Below, one piece after another: positions 25,981 to 38,897 of a DNA stretch of 64,000 bases; positions within the stretch are counted from its first letter, which is position 1; each line of letters opens with the position of its first letter. The notes under the pieces are model-generated. The model searched no databases. It saw only the letters and a program-made list of their open reading frames with translations, and was not told the origin of the DNA. Position numbers and translations under genes: made by a program. Source of the DNA: Lama guanicoe (Eukaryota); the NCBI GenBank assembly GCA_013239625.1, contig MU053520.1:780530-844529 (forward strand), in the 5' to 3' direction.

Positions 25981-27479
25981 TTTGATTGTTCTGTTCAAAA
26001 TATACCAATTTCATTCCCGTTTTGGAATTGAGCATAAAGTATGAATATTTATCTCCTTTTCTTTACATTTCTAAATGGGGATGGGGAGTTAATACTCTTC
26101 TCCTCAGAAATGAGCAGTGCTGTAGAAGCAGTGTGCTTCTTTGAACCCCTCTTTTGCTCTTTTCGTGGAATAACTTGGTTGGTGAAACTAGAGGAATGCC
26201 TCTGAGTGTGTGTAATACATCCCAGCTTAAACTCCTTATGGTGTTAGAGACATAAGGATGTGAGTTCTCTTTTTGATTCCACCCCCATAAAATGCACAAA
26301 TATGTATCTAGGCAGAAGTCAAGCCTGGAGACTTAGGTACACTCCTTGAGTCTGAGATCTTCTGCATTTGATAGGCATACGCCAGGCTGTAATTACTCTG
26401 GGAAATGGTGTAAGTGTCTACTTTGGAAACCCACCAGGCCTCCAAGGGAAATTCCAAAGTGAGGGTAGGGTGTATTAGGAAACCAAGCAGCTCCTCTAAC
26501 TCAGCCTAATCAACAATAAAGCTCTTACTGAATTCTATTTAGATGTTTGTAGTGCCAGGAATGTCAAGATAGATTGCAAATTAACAGATGAAACTTGACA
26601 AATGTATGATATAATTCTAGACAACTCACTGTTGCTGGGAGGAACATCTGGTCCCTAGGATTGGCATCATTGGGTTGCAACAAACTTAGACCTTGGCAGA
26701 TGTTGGACTGAGACCCCAGGTGCCTCTGCCAGAAGCCCACATCATGCCTTCAGCCTCCTGGAAGGTAATAGCCTTGTGACTGGCACATGTGCAGGTCCCT
26801 TCCTTGGTCTGGTCTCAGGTGGTCCCGTCCTTGCATCAACCCACCCATCACCTGGTTGAGACCTTGGGAGAGGCACAGCTGCACTGTGACTCTGACTGGG
26901 GCATCAGGGGAAGCATTAACAAAGAATGGGGTTTGCTTGATAAGTGGTGTGAGCCAGACTCTTTAGGGATGAGTCTGGGACCAGAGGCCTCCAGAACCCA
27001 AGGCACCCAGGTGTTTCTCATCCCAGGATTCCCTTGCCCCTTCCTGTAGAACTCCCAAGATCCCGAGAGATTGGGTTTCCTCTGGGAACAAAGGTCTTGG
27101 CAACAGCACCTTGAATCTAATTCTGATGTCTTTTGAGCTGCCCCTGATGCCCAGTACATCCCAGTATACCCTCTCTCTGCCCGTCCACCTGGACGCACAC
27201 TTTCTTGCCACTACATATTCAAGCCACAACGTAAACCCTGTGGCCTCCAATTTTGTCACATTTCCCTTCCTGAAAAACTCCACACTCCACCCACCTGGAC
27301 CAGACCCTGATCCATGTCAGCAGCAACCACCCTGCCCACCCGCCCCGCCCAGGCTGTTCAACATAGGAGGGAGAAAAGAGAGGTAGGGGAAAAAAGAAAA
27401 CAAGGAGTGTTTTTGGCTGAGGAAGGTAGGGAGAAAAGCTAATCTAAATAACTTTGGAAAATAGTGTTTGGCTATTCTA

Positions 27480-29080
27480 AGACTAAATATAAAAATATAC
27501 AAACATTATACTCTGGTAACTTTGTTTCTTACAGGGTTAGCAATTGTGAGACTGTTTTAAATGTATATAAGGTTAAATGAATAAGTAAATAAGCTATAGT
27601 TAATGAGCACTAGCTTTCTCACTGTAAGACAAAGAAGTTAGAAAGTGAACAAGGGATAAAACTAGAATGAAACTTGTGAGGGCTATAAGAGAGTTGGAGA
27701 TTATAGTATGAACAGATAGATAATGAAATACATATAGATACGTGCCTATACACGGTTCAGTAAATAAAAATATACTTCCTAGCTCTATTCACTGAAAGGG
27801 CCGAGAAATGATGACCCCTCAGAAGTAGTGCTTACACTCAGCACCTTAATCTTGGCTTCACAATACTATTTTCCACAAAAAAAGGACCTAGGACTCCTTA
27901 GAGAAATGGTTGATGTAAGTGTTGAAGCAGAGAAAATACGAGATGGACCTGGAGTATTGTACAGTGCCAAACAGTAAGCCAGTTGGGGGAAAAAAATATG
28001 GGGGCATGCCAAAAAGATACAGAATCTGACCTGAAGGAGCCCCCAATGGCTGAAACTCGAGCAACTTGAATGATAAAATAAATAATGGTATTACTGGATT
28101 ATAAGCCAAAGAATAAAACAAATTTTGGGAGTCCATACATATTTAAATAAATAATTAAAGAAATGTGGAGATGGGGGACAAATCTCCGATAAAGAATGCT
28201 AAAGAAGAATTCCAAGTAATATAGAAAAGATGGAGCAAATAGAAAATCACCATTAGAACACTACACTAGTAACTGCGACAAACACAACCCACTGATTAAT
28301 GCTGAAATCAGTGGGCAACACTGGAAGGAAAATAGGACAGTTACACAGCCTCTAAACATCTCCCACAGAATAGTTGTTGATGACTATGGCGGTTTTAACA
28401 CAAGCCCACATTCTCATTATATTTCCTCCTCCAGGTTTTGGAGTGTAATTGCCAATCTCGTAAGTGTGGGCTAGACTTAACGACTCACTTCTAACAGAGT
28501 ATGGGAAGAGGGTAAGAGTAAATTTACAGTGGAAAATCCTGGAAGAGACTGCCAAGTGATCGAGGTTAGTGCCACCAGTGGTTAGTTACAATTGGTGTCA
28601 TGTACCCCCTGATAGAATGAGATGGAAGGACTTTGTGCCTCTATGGTATTTCCCCTTAAAATCCATAATTTTAATCTATCATTGAGAAACATTAGATAAA
28701 CCCAAATCAAGGGTCATTATGCAAAATACATGATCAATACGTTTCAAATATGTCATGAAAAACCAAGGGGAAAAAACTGAAAAAGTCATCACAAATTGGA
28801 GGAAATAAGGGGACATGACTAAATGCAGCACGATGCTCTGGACTGGATGCTGGAACAGAAGAGGGTATTTGGGGGAACACTGGTAAAATCCAAATAAGGT
28901 CTGCAGTTTCATTAATATCAATATATCAATGTTAATTTCTTACCTTAGATAAATGTATCAATATAATGTAGGTTTTAATATTGAAAAAGCTAGGGGAAGA
29001 ATATATGGAAATTCTCTGTGCTCTTGTTACAACTCTATCTTAAATCTAAAATTGTTTTAAAATATTATCTTTTATAAAAA
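27480..29080 (+). mobile_element. L1MC/L1MD-like 3'UTR
   Basis: agctctattcactgaaagggcc...ggactccttagagaaatggttg...gtgtgggctagacttaacgactcacttctaac...tcaatgttaatttctt...taaatctaaaattg. Confidence 0.8.
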
Positions 29081-29194
29081 GCAAGCTATATCTTCTGTCC
29101 AGGCACAATAGTGTGTAAACCTGTTGGAGATTTGAATCTGTAGCCCTTTCCCATGTTGGTTATTTTTATTATGCCTGTAGACCTTTTCCTAGTT

Positions 29195-30110
29195 TGGTGT
29201 AGTGATTAAGAACATGGAGTTAGACTAATAATCAGCTGTGTAATCATGCACATGTGACTTATTCCTCTAAGACTCAGATCTCTAACTTGTCAAAGGGAAG
29301 TAATAATAGTACTTAACTCAGAAAGCTGTTGTAAAATTCAGTGATACCTGTGAAGCAACCAGCACTGTACCTGACATAAAAACACTAAATAATGGAGATT
29401 CCTCAAAAGGCTGGGAACAGACTTACCATATGATCCAGAAATCCCACTCCTGGGCATATATCCAGAAGGAACCCTACTTCAAAAAGACACTTGCACCCCA
29501 ATGTTCATAGTAGCACTATTTACAACAGCCAAGACATGGAAACAGCCTAAATGTCCATTAACAGATAACTAGATAAAGAAGAAGTGGTATATTTATACAA
29601 TGGAATACTATTCAGCCATATAAATGACAACATAACTCCATTTGCAGCAACATGGATGCTCCTGGAGAATGTCATTCTAAGCGAAGTAAGCCAGAAAGAG
29701 AAAGAAAAATACCACATGAGATTGTTCATATGTGGAATCTAAAAAAAATAAAAAATAAAAAAGTAAGTACAAAACAGAAACAGACTCATAGACATAGAAT
29801 ACAAACTTGTTGTTGCCAAGGGGGCAGGGGTGGGGAGGGATAGACTGGGAGTTCAAAATTTGTAGATACTGACAGGCATATGCAGAATATATAACCAAAA
29901 TTATACTGTATAACACAGGGAAATATATACAAGATCTTGTGGTAGCTCACAGTGAAAAAAAAATGTGACAATGAATATATGTATGTTCATGTATAACTGA
30001 AAAATTTTGCTCTACCCTGGAATTGACACAACATTGTTAAATGACTATAACTCAACAAAAAATGTTTTAAAAAACCCACTAAATATATTTTAGCTACTGT
30101 CAATATTGTT
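29195..30110 (+). mobile_element. MIR SINE split by an L1 insertion (MIR ~29195-29391 and ~30086-30110)
   Basis: ggtgtagtgattaagaacatgg...taataatagtacttaactcag...ctgacata, resuming after the L1 with ttagctactg. Confidence 0.6.
29392..30074 (+). mobile_element. Young camelid-type L1 3' end (ORF2 tail plus 3'UTR)
   Basis: atggagattcctcaaaaggc...gacttaccatatgatccag...; homologous to 62778-63547; TSD core cactaaata at 29383-29391 and 30077-30085. Confidence 0.92.
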
Positions 30111-30581
30111 GTGACTATTTTAATGCTTACTGTTAATAAGATTCGATAATAAACCCCTTATACACAAAGAACCTTTGGTCATATTGTTGTTTGGGTGTCA
30201 ATGAAGGGCACAGATTTTAGTAGGAAATACAGAAATCAGGAAATAAGAGAATGATGGTGACTTTAAATCATAAGTGGTAAAGCAGGTTAATCCTCAGAGT
30301 CTATGTAAAGGAAAGCAGAGGTGGATAGGCACAGAGATTACAGTGGAGGAAGATTCTGTGGTGGCTGGTGCATCTTCTATCATTTCCTGAGTGAGCATTT
30401 GCTGTTTATCTTTCTGCAGGTGCCTTTTGTTAATAAAGTAAAAGAAAATGTTAAATATTCAGAGCCTCATTAGGCACATAATAGACCCTCAATAAGTGGT
30501 AGTGGTAGGTAGTTCAATAGAAATGAGCACTGGGCAATGGGAGAGGATAGGGGAGAGAGAGCAACCCAGAAAATAGCGGTA

Positions 30582-31100
30582 TGCCTGTGCTCAGGATAAA
30601 GGGCTCCAAAAACTTTTACTTTCTCTAAATGAGGGCCAGCAAAGAAGCTGGCTAGAATTGAATGCTTCTGCTGCACCATAGAGAAGGACCTGGCTTAACT
30701 TGACCCAACGCTCATTATAATGTAATTGATTGCAGTTTGAGCCTCCGCCTCTAGGTTTCTCTGTGTGCATCATGGGTAAGAACATGCACAAAAGAGGTGG
30801 GCGTGTCTAGGCACAAGGAACGTGAGCCCTCAATCAATCAGCCCGAACACTCAAAGAACATAAGCCATCAATCAATCAATCAATCAATCACGAAAACGCC
30901 CCCAAGCCAGGATATAAGAACAGGAAAAACAAAGGAGCGACACCACTCTTCCTCTCTTGGGTGTGTACTACATTTTACCACCTTTTTACTTAAATAAAAA
31001 ATCTGTTTATATCATGCTGTCTGTTTCTCATTAAAAGTTCATTTTTGGGTGGGGGGTGACAAAGAACCAAGGTAACATTTTTCCCCTCCCCTTGGTAACA
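30582..31100 (+). mobile_element. Solo LTR, family unassigned
   Basis: TG...CA ends; flanks gcggta (30576-30581) / gcagta (31101-31106); TATA-like tataag at 30913, AATAAA at 30993; (ATCA)6 at 30867-30890. Confidence 0.65.
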
Positions 31101-31269
31101 GCAGTATCCCCCCTTCTTTCTACTTTCTCAATTTTACATGGAAATACTTGTGAAACACTTACTACGTAGCAGGCTGGATGTTGGTGCTAAGGAAACCAAG
31201 AGGAAGCAGACATCGCACTCCTCATGCAGAAACTCATGGGCTTCCACATGGAATCACACTAGCACTACT

Positions 31270-31920
31270 GTCCCATTGCTCTGTTCCTCTTTATATAGCA
31301 GAACTTCTAGAAAGAATACCCTGTACTCCTTGTTTTGAGGTACTTTCCTCCCACTGTCTCTTAAACTTTCTGTAATAAGGCCCCCTCCACCCCTCGTCTG
31401 AACCCACCCTGTCAAAATCATCTATGGCATACTTACTGGAAACTCAGTAGTCAAGTCCAGATCTTCAGTCTTTGACAACACTGATCATTGTTTCTTCCTC
31501 AAAACATCTTACTTGGCTCCCAGGACCTCATATTCTCCTTTGTCTCCTACACACAGACTATTCCTTCTCAGTCTGTGTTGCTGATTTCTCCTCATCTCCC
31601 TGACCTCCTAGTGATGGGACCCCAAGCTCAGCCTTGGACCTCTTGCCTGCTTTGTCTACATATATTTTTGTGATGATTGTTCTACCATCTTATGACTTGA
31701 ATATCATCTCTATGCTGATGATTCCTAAAATGTAATCTCCAACCCAAACCTATCCCCCAAATCTATCCTGTTCTATTTAAGTCCCTTCTTGCTGTCTCTG
31801 CCTGGATGCCTACCAAGATATTTTATATCTGCTACATCCAAGACAAATCTTGTTCTAATACCAAATGTGTATTTCCAGTTGTTCACAAGAAAATACTGGG
31901 TTCATCCTTGACTCTCATAA
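31270..31920 (+). mobile_element. L2 fragment
   Basis: tttgacaacactgatcatt...cttggctcccaggac...ccttctcagtct...atctctatgctgatgattcc. Confidence 0.7.
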
Positions 31921-32450
31921 ACTAGAGACAAATCCAAACCGTCCTAGAGGCTCATTTCCTTCCAACTTTTGGTGGTGGTTCAGCAGACAGCTAACTCCCT
32001 GGGATTGGAAGTGTCTGTGAAGAGGCAGATGTCCAGCTGTTGTTACTATTCCCAGCATGCAAAGCTGTCCCCAGGACCTGAGTGTGCAGACCTTGGCACT
32101 CTGCATACAAAATCTCCGGTATTGTTCTTGACCAGGAGTTTTCCTGATGCAATTCCTTGTTATTTATAGAAACTATGCATTCCCTAGCCTCTCTTAGGCT
32201 AATCTATAAGTATGTGCTAATGCATAAATAAAGCTGTAGGGTTGAGGCCACTTCTCTCTTCTAGAACTCCCAGATTCACATCCAGCCTGTTTGCTGAGTC
32301 AGGCCCTTCCTGCCAGCACCTTGGTACATGCTATGTCTGCGTGGTGTGGTGCAAATTTCTCATAGAGAAGGGCCTGTAGGTAAGGTCTGACTCGATCCAC
32401 ATCCCCTTGAGCTCTTGGACCGTATTTCCTACTACATTCCCTCTGTCCAC

Positions 32451-32845
32451 TGTAGTTGTTTACTAGGGTTGCCATAACAAAGCACCACACACTGTGTGAT
32501 GTACACAACAGAAATTTGTTTTCTCCTAGTTCTAGAAAGTAAAAGTCCAAGGCCAAGAGCTAAACAGAGGTCAACAGGGTTGGTGTCTTCTGAGGCCTTG
32601 CTCCTTGACTTGGAGATGGCTGTCTTCTTCTAGTGTCTTCACATAGCCTTCTCTCTGTTTTTGTCTGTGCCTAAACTACTCTTCATATAAGGATACCAGT
32701 CACATTGGATCAGGGTCCACCCTAATAATTTAATTTTAATTTAATTACCTATTTAAAGACCATAACTGTAAACACTTTATGAGGTAGTAGAGATTAGGAC
32801 TTCAAAATACGACTCTTTTTTAGGCAACACAATTCGGCCCATAAT
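32451..32845 (-). mobile_element. MaLR LTR (MLT1B/C-like)
   Basis: ctagggttgccataacaaagcaccac...acaacagaaatt...gttggtgtcttctgagg...ataaggataccagtcacattggatcagggtccaccc...aattcggcccataa. Confidence 0.85.
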
Positions 32846-32849
32846 GCTC

Positions 32850-33235
32850 ACTCTGCACAGGCCCACCAGCCTTCATGCAAGTCCCAGAGCTTATGTCTGG
32901 GGTGTTCCTGCTTCAGGCCCAGAACTGGATGTTTCTATCTTTCTGAAAAGTGCTTCCTCCAGATAACTCTGTGACTATTCCACACCTTATTAAGACTTTA
33001 TAAATATACTTTCCCCAGAAGGATTTGTCCACCCAGCATTTTAAAAGTCACTTGAACCCACACTCCTCCCCTCATTCATTTCCCTCTGTACCACTTAATA
33101 TTTTGTTTATCATCTGTCTCTTCTAATTAGAATGTAAGATCCATGAAGACTTTTATTAACTGCTGAATCTCCACAGTCTAGAGGAATGCCTGGCACGTAG
33201 CTGCATTCAGTAAATATTTGCATAAAAGTGAATTC
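32850..33235 (+). mobile_element. L2 3' end
   Basis: tagaatgtaagatccatgaag...actgctgaatctcca...aatgcctggcacgtag...cagtaaatatttg. Confidence 0.7.
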
Positions 33236-33474
33236 ATCAATGTCTCAGTTAGTTGGTTTCTGAATTTGGCCTAGATGTGCAAAAATCTGCTCATTTCCAA
33301 ATCCAGTTAAAAATAAGTTATCAATAAAAAGTTTGAATTCATGTAGAAATACAGTGTTGTGAATACAGAGAAAATTTATTTAATGGTAAAAATATCATTA
33401 AAAGTATAGAATATGAAAAAGATAATGATAAATGGGAACTTCCTTTGCTTTTTCTCTTTTCAAGCCATCCTATT

Positions 33475-33960
33475 TGTGAATGAAAAATACTGCAAGCCAT
33501 ATCAGAAAACAAAGAATGCTGAAGCCATCACGTCATCAGCCACTGCCAACCCCCAGTGAAGACAAGCCTGCAGCCAAGCCTCTGCAGCCACTCACAATGG
33601 TGCACCCTGCAGGGACTCACAATAAGAAAGGACAGGATACTGGCCCTAGATAGCTAGGTGCTTGTCAAAGGAATGAATTCAATGAGCCCAAATATTTGCT
33701 TCCTCCCATACATAGAGAAACACTTAATTCTTCAACTTGAGATGCCTGGTTTTCTTTAGTTAACAAGTAATATTTTAATGTTCTGACTACCTGGTCTTTG
33801 TTGTAAAGCTCCTATGTATCCTGGCTCCTCCCCTACCTCTTTGGAGCAGTCCCTCAGAGCAATCTGGGAGGCTATGATCCCAGGCTCAAGTCCTCAGAAA
33901 ATGTCCACCAAATAAAACATAATTCTCAGCTTTTAGGTTGTGCATTTATTTCAGTTGACA
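33475..33960 (+). mobile_element. ERV1-type solo LTR with 4-bp TSD
   Basis: TG...CA; imperfect terminal inverted repeats (tgtgaatgaaa / tttcagttgaca); TSD tatt at 33471-33474 and 33961-33964; AATAAA near 33911. Confidence 0.85.
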
Positions 33961-36749
33961 TATTCTACGGAATTCTGTAAGAGTAAGCATAAATCCACTT
34001 TATTATTTTCTAACCTCAAAAAAAAAATCCTTTTCTTTCCAGATGGACAATTACTACTGATAAGGAAAAAAAAAAAAGGACCTCTTTGCAAATGAGAAAG
34101 TGCTGTTCACAGGTACCCAAACAGGTGGGGGAATCCTGAGTGGAGTCTCTGACCATTTTGCTACTTGTCGGGGAGAGAAGGGGCTGATGGAAGAGTCGAA
34201 GCCCAGAGTTGGGCCAAGGGCAAGCAGAGGTACTTTCCTTGTTGAGTTTTGCTTCTACCTTGTGCTTCTTGGAAGGAGGGTATGATTGTTAATACATCCA
34301 AAAGACAGGGGTATGTTTGGGGGGGGCTACAAAGAGGAGGAGGGAGAGGGGAGCTCTACTCAGTAAACACTTTAAAGTGTCCCAGGGATTGAGAGAAGTG
34401 CCTGGAGTGAGACTATTTACCAAACAAAGCTTATATCAACATAATTCATATTTTGCCTGGCTCCGACTGTGTGAGCTACATAAAAATTCATTCGACTGTG
34501 GAATTCCCTTGCTCCACTGGCTTTAATTAAACTTGCTTTGTGCTTAGGAAATTAGCAAACTCTTCGCAGTCAAGGGGAGAAAAACATGGGTTACTCACAT
34601 GGGTAGATTTTTCCCGTTAACTCACACAGCTCAGATGCTTGTCATAGTCGGTGATTCTGGGGGCTACAGCACAGTGCCAAAATCCATTAGCAGAGTCTGG
34701 CTCACCATGCCTGTGGAAGGGAATTGCCACCAAAGTCTAGTGCACTTGATTGATGGCATCAGAGAAGATGGTCGCTAGATTCTGGCCCTTATCAGAGATC
34801 TGTCACTCTGTCAAATGGCCCCACAACAATGAATAAAAAATGAGGGATCCCTTTGTTGGACCAACAGAAGCAGTGGCTTGGGGATTTCCTGGTTTTTCCA
34901 GCTTTAACAATACTCCATTTCATATGCAAGTGAGCCCCAAGCAAACTACATTTCACTTGTTACAAAGAAGTAACATTATCTGCTGAATTGTCAGGCATGA
35001 AAAATTAATTCTTCAGTGGCGGCAGTGTACAATATTTCAGTTAAGAGGTAAGGAGAAGCCAGGAGTGAAAAGAAAACAAAACTCTTCTCTGCAGAGATTA
35101 GGGCTTGATTTCACTTGACTTAAGGGGCAAAAACAAGGCTAGAAAAAGTGATTAAGGCACATAAAAATTGGATCTAGAGCAGAAATCTGAAACTTTGGAA
35201 GCCTCACTCTGTTTGAAGCCAAAAATGATTTGATGACATTTGCTCTTTAGTTAAAGTCACAGAAACTGCAAATTGCCTTCCTGAAGCAAATCCGAGTTGC
35301 CCTCCGGTCACAGAAGTCCACAGCCTAGGTAATGAAATGTCAAAGCTTTCAGAAAAGATGACTAGCCATTAATTACTTCCCTTACCCACTTACTACTTCT
35401 TGGATTCCTTGAATGACTACTTAATTCACTCCTTACACACTTTCTTTGCTTCAGTCTCCTATTCCTGGAATGTTCCAGTGCCTTCTTGACTTTCCATGTG
35501 CTTCTTCTGATAGAAAGTTTTCCCAAGCAGGGCATCGGTCTTCTTTGGTAGATTTGGGGTCTTCAGATGAACCCTGTTCTATAATCATGTGACACTGCAA
35601 TTGCTAGTACTTGGCATTAAGTCAAGCAGCCTTAGGGTGAGCCATAGACCTGATTGATGAATAAATCATAATGGTCACCCTGGAGTTTCATGAAATAATA
35701 CCTAGAAGCTGCCAGGCTCCAGGTTTGAGTTCAGACACTCTAATATGTTACTTAAGTGCCTTGCCTATGCATTGGTTCTCCTACCATTTGGGTTTGTTTT
35801 TTTTTATGTCTGGATTCTTGTTCCTGAGCAGGTGGTGTATTTCTACTTTTTGGCACAGATTGTATCAAAAAATGTCACCCTTTACTTCCCCTCAAAGCTC
35901 TGTAAAGATAAACATGCACCTTTGAGGTGAATAAAAAGTGCTCTCTCCAAGGAAAAGACAGATTGATTAAGACACACACACAAGAAATGAGTGCAAACTA
36001 GTACATAGATGTATTTCAAGGGGCTCTCATCCCAACATCTCCATGCCTGAATGGGACTTCTCTCTGTCCTTCATATCCTCCTTTGTCTAATAAACATTTA
36101 CATCTATTTTAAGTCACAACCTAAATATAACTTCCTCAAAATGGTATTCTCTGACCACTGAGTCAAGAATGGAATCCCACATTATACCCTTTTAAATCAT
36201 CCTATTTTTTTTCCCATCTTTGTCATCTTCTCCTCAGGTGCCAGTGTGGATTTTCAACATTTCCATTGAGGAAACCCTCATTTTGTTTTATTGCTGTATT
36301 CCTGGATCTATCATGATGGCTTTCTTGTAAAGAACAATTATTGTTTGTTGAGAGAATAAACAGTTTAAAATGCATCTCTCAGAGTGGAAACACAGAGATG
36401 CTCAAAGCAATAATATTGCCTTCCCTAAGAGTAGATTTGATATGAAGAAAGCACTGCCTCCAAGAGTAGAGGACAAGGACCATTCAGGCTGTGCCTACAG
36501 TGCCTTATTCAAAGCAAACTGCAGGCAAATCACTTTACTCCCCAGTCAATTTACTTATCAGTCAGTCAGGGTTATAAAAATGGCATAGCAGATGCACGTG
36601 GAAATACTGTGAATTATATTGTGTCATTTATTATGATGATGCTTCCTTATTCTGACCATTGGCTCTTAATCCCCGAGAGTGTTGGCATCTAAATGATTAG
36701 CCCCAAAGATGAGTCATGGTTATCAAAGACTTAATGCAGGAAAAATGGA

Positions 36750-37382
36750 TGTAGGACATGAAGAAGGCCATGTCCCAGGCCTCAGCTGAGCCCCTGGAAT
36801 GTGGCCTGCCAAGTGTGGGTCCTTGGCTTCACACAAGAAAGAATTCAAGAGCAAGCCACAATTGAGTAAAGGTATATTTATTTAGAAAGATACATATTAT
36901 AGAGTTTAGGCTGTTTTAAAAGACAAGAGAAAGGCTAAGAGGTGTGGGGGTTGGGTGCTAAGGTTAGAGTAAAAGTAGGTACACACTCCATAGACAGAGT
37001 GCAGGCTGTCTCTGAAGAGGAAGGAGTGAGAGAGGCAAACACAAGGCTCTGTGTTGCCAGTTTTTATGAGGTTGGTAGCTTCATATGTTAATAAGTGGAA
37101 GGACCAGTCTAACTACCCTGGAGGAGGGGCTGGGATTCCCAGGAAGTTGGCCATTTCCCACTCTCTGACCTTCTGTGTCTAGCCTTGGGACTGTCATGGT
37201 GCCTACAGGCATGCTATTCAACATGCTAATATATACAATGAGTGTATAAGGAAGCACAAGATCTACTAGAAGTCAAACCTCTCACCATCTTGAGCCTCAA
37301 GGCCTCCTGTGGGCTGAATCTTTCACCACCCTGGTGTTAACTGCAGTGTTATTCCTTGAATGGCTGTGCCCTTCCTGTCTTA
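36750..37382 (-). mobile_element. ERV1-type LTR, antisense
   Basis: gggtccttggcttcacacaagaaagaattcaagagcaagcc...tttatt (minus-strand AATAAA)...catgctaatatatacaatgagtgtataa; ends approximate, no clean TSD. Confidence 0.65.
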
Positions 37383-38824
37383 GACTGACAGAGGGCTGCA
37401 AAGTGAGATTTAGGTGTCTTTCTCTCTAACTGTCTGAAGTTAAGAGGTAAGAGCCCCTTGTTGAGAATGAGGAGTTAAGTGTGCCATGGCTGATAAGGGA
37501 ATACATCACTGAAGACGGTGAAAACTAATGCCGCAAAGGAAAGAGTTTTAAAGCACTGAAGACACTGAAAGTTTGACCAAAAAACCTTGAAAAGATTTTT
37601 CAAAAAGGAAAGCTTGAATCCAAAGTTAGGTGTATGATATAGAAGCAGAGAGCAATGATCCATCAGAGAGGGAGTCAGAAAGCAATCAGTTTTAAAGCAT
37701 TTCTGTTGTGCTGCAAGGAGCTTTCCTGAGGTCTAGGTCTTGGAGTGTCATTGTTGAAGTGGTGGGCACCCTGACCTGGGCTACACGGGGCTGGACTGGT
37801 CTTTATTCACAATGGCTCAAAACCCGCACATTAGCTCCTTGGATTTGGGCCATCCCAAGACCAAATATTAGCCTGAACAATTAACAAGGATGAAAAATGC
37901 CTTCTAATATTTTTTTCTTACATCTCATCAAATTTAACATGCACTTCTCACTTACTCAGTGATGGTTTTCAGATTATGGCCACTTTATTATCCATTTTGG
38001 TGTTCTTAAAGCAGGATTTGAAGTTGTATAAAACAGGACCAGATCTAACTGATAAGAAAGGTGTAATATAATTGCTGACTGTAAGTGTAAGGTTAAATTC
38101 GAATTTTGGACTACAACTTGATTAAGTAATTGGTATAATTTAAGTGCTCAGTCAAGAGGTGCTCACAATTCTAAACAAGGGTGGTTCAGTGGAAACCTCC
38201 CAGAAGTGACCTTGTTCAGGAATGCAGGGATTCCCTGAGCCAGGAAAGCACAATGTGCAAAACTCAGGTGTGAAAATTCCCAGTTATTGCACCAGTTCAG
38301 TATGGATTAGCAGAGCGTTCTGGAGTGGGGGAGCTGAGGGATGAAAAATGATGAGTAACCAAGTTCTCAAAGAATCATAAAATAGAGGTTATATTTTGTA
38401 GGTAACTACCCAAAAGGAATAATAAAAGAATCAAGTAAATAATGGATGAAAGCACTTTGAAAAGTAATAGACTGTAAGACAGTGTTATTCATTGCATGAA
38501 TTAGGACCAGTTAATCCATTCTCTCTAATCTTCAGTTTTATTCATTTGTCACATACAAAAACAATAACTTTTAGTCAGCCCTGAAACCAGCATGGAAACA
38601 ATGATTTAAGAACTAGAAAATGCTTTGACAAACTCTTTTGCATATGTAAGGTAATATTATTTGTCTTAGAAAAGGATAAATACATATGGAATAAGCAAAT
38701 TTTTATCTACATAATTCAGAGGACTTTTAACTCTCAGAGAGTTCTGGGGGTGGGAGGAAGGGATTGATTTTCTATTACAAACAAGAAAAGAACTGCCTTT
38801 CATGGGACTATATATTTAAAAGAG

Positions 38825-38837
38825 ACAACAAATAACC

Positions 38838-38868
<31 letters not shown>

Positions 38869-38897
38869 TACAACAACAACAAAAAAAAAAAAAATAG
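38825..38897 (+). repeat. (CAAAA)n / poly(A) tract
   Basis: Directly visible. Confidence 0.85.

Noticed and set aside
26700..27360. GC-richer block with four overlapping ORFs and a GC box (cccgccccgccc, ~27338-27350)
   Set aside because: CpG density is too low for an island, the peptides are unrecognisable, and ORF overlap is explained by stop-codon scarcity in GC-richer DNA.
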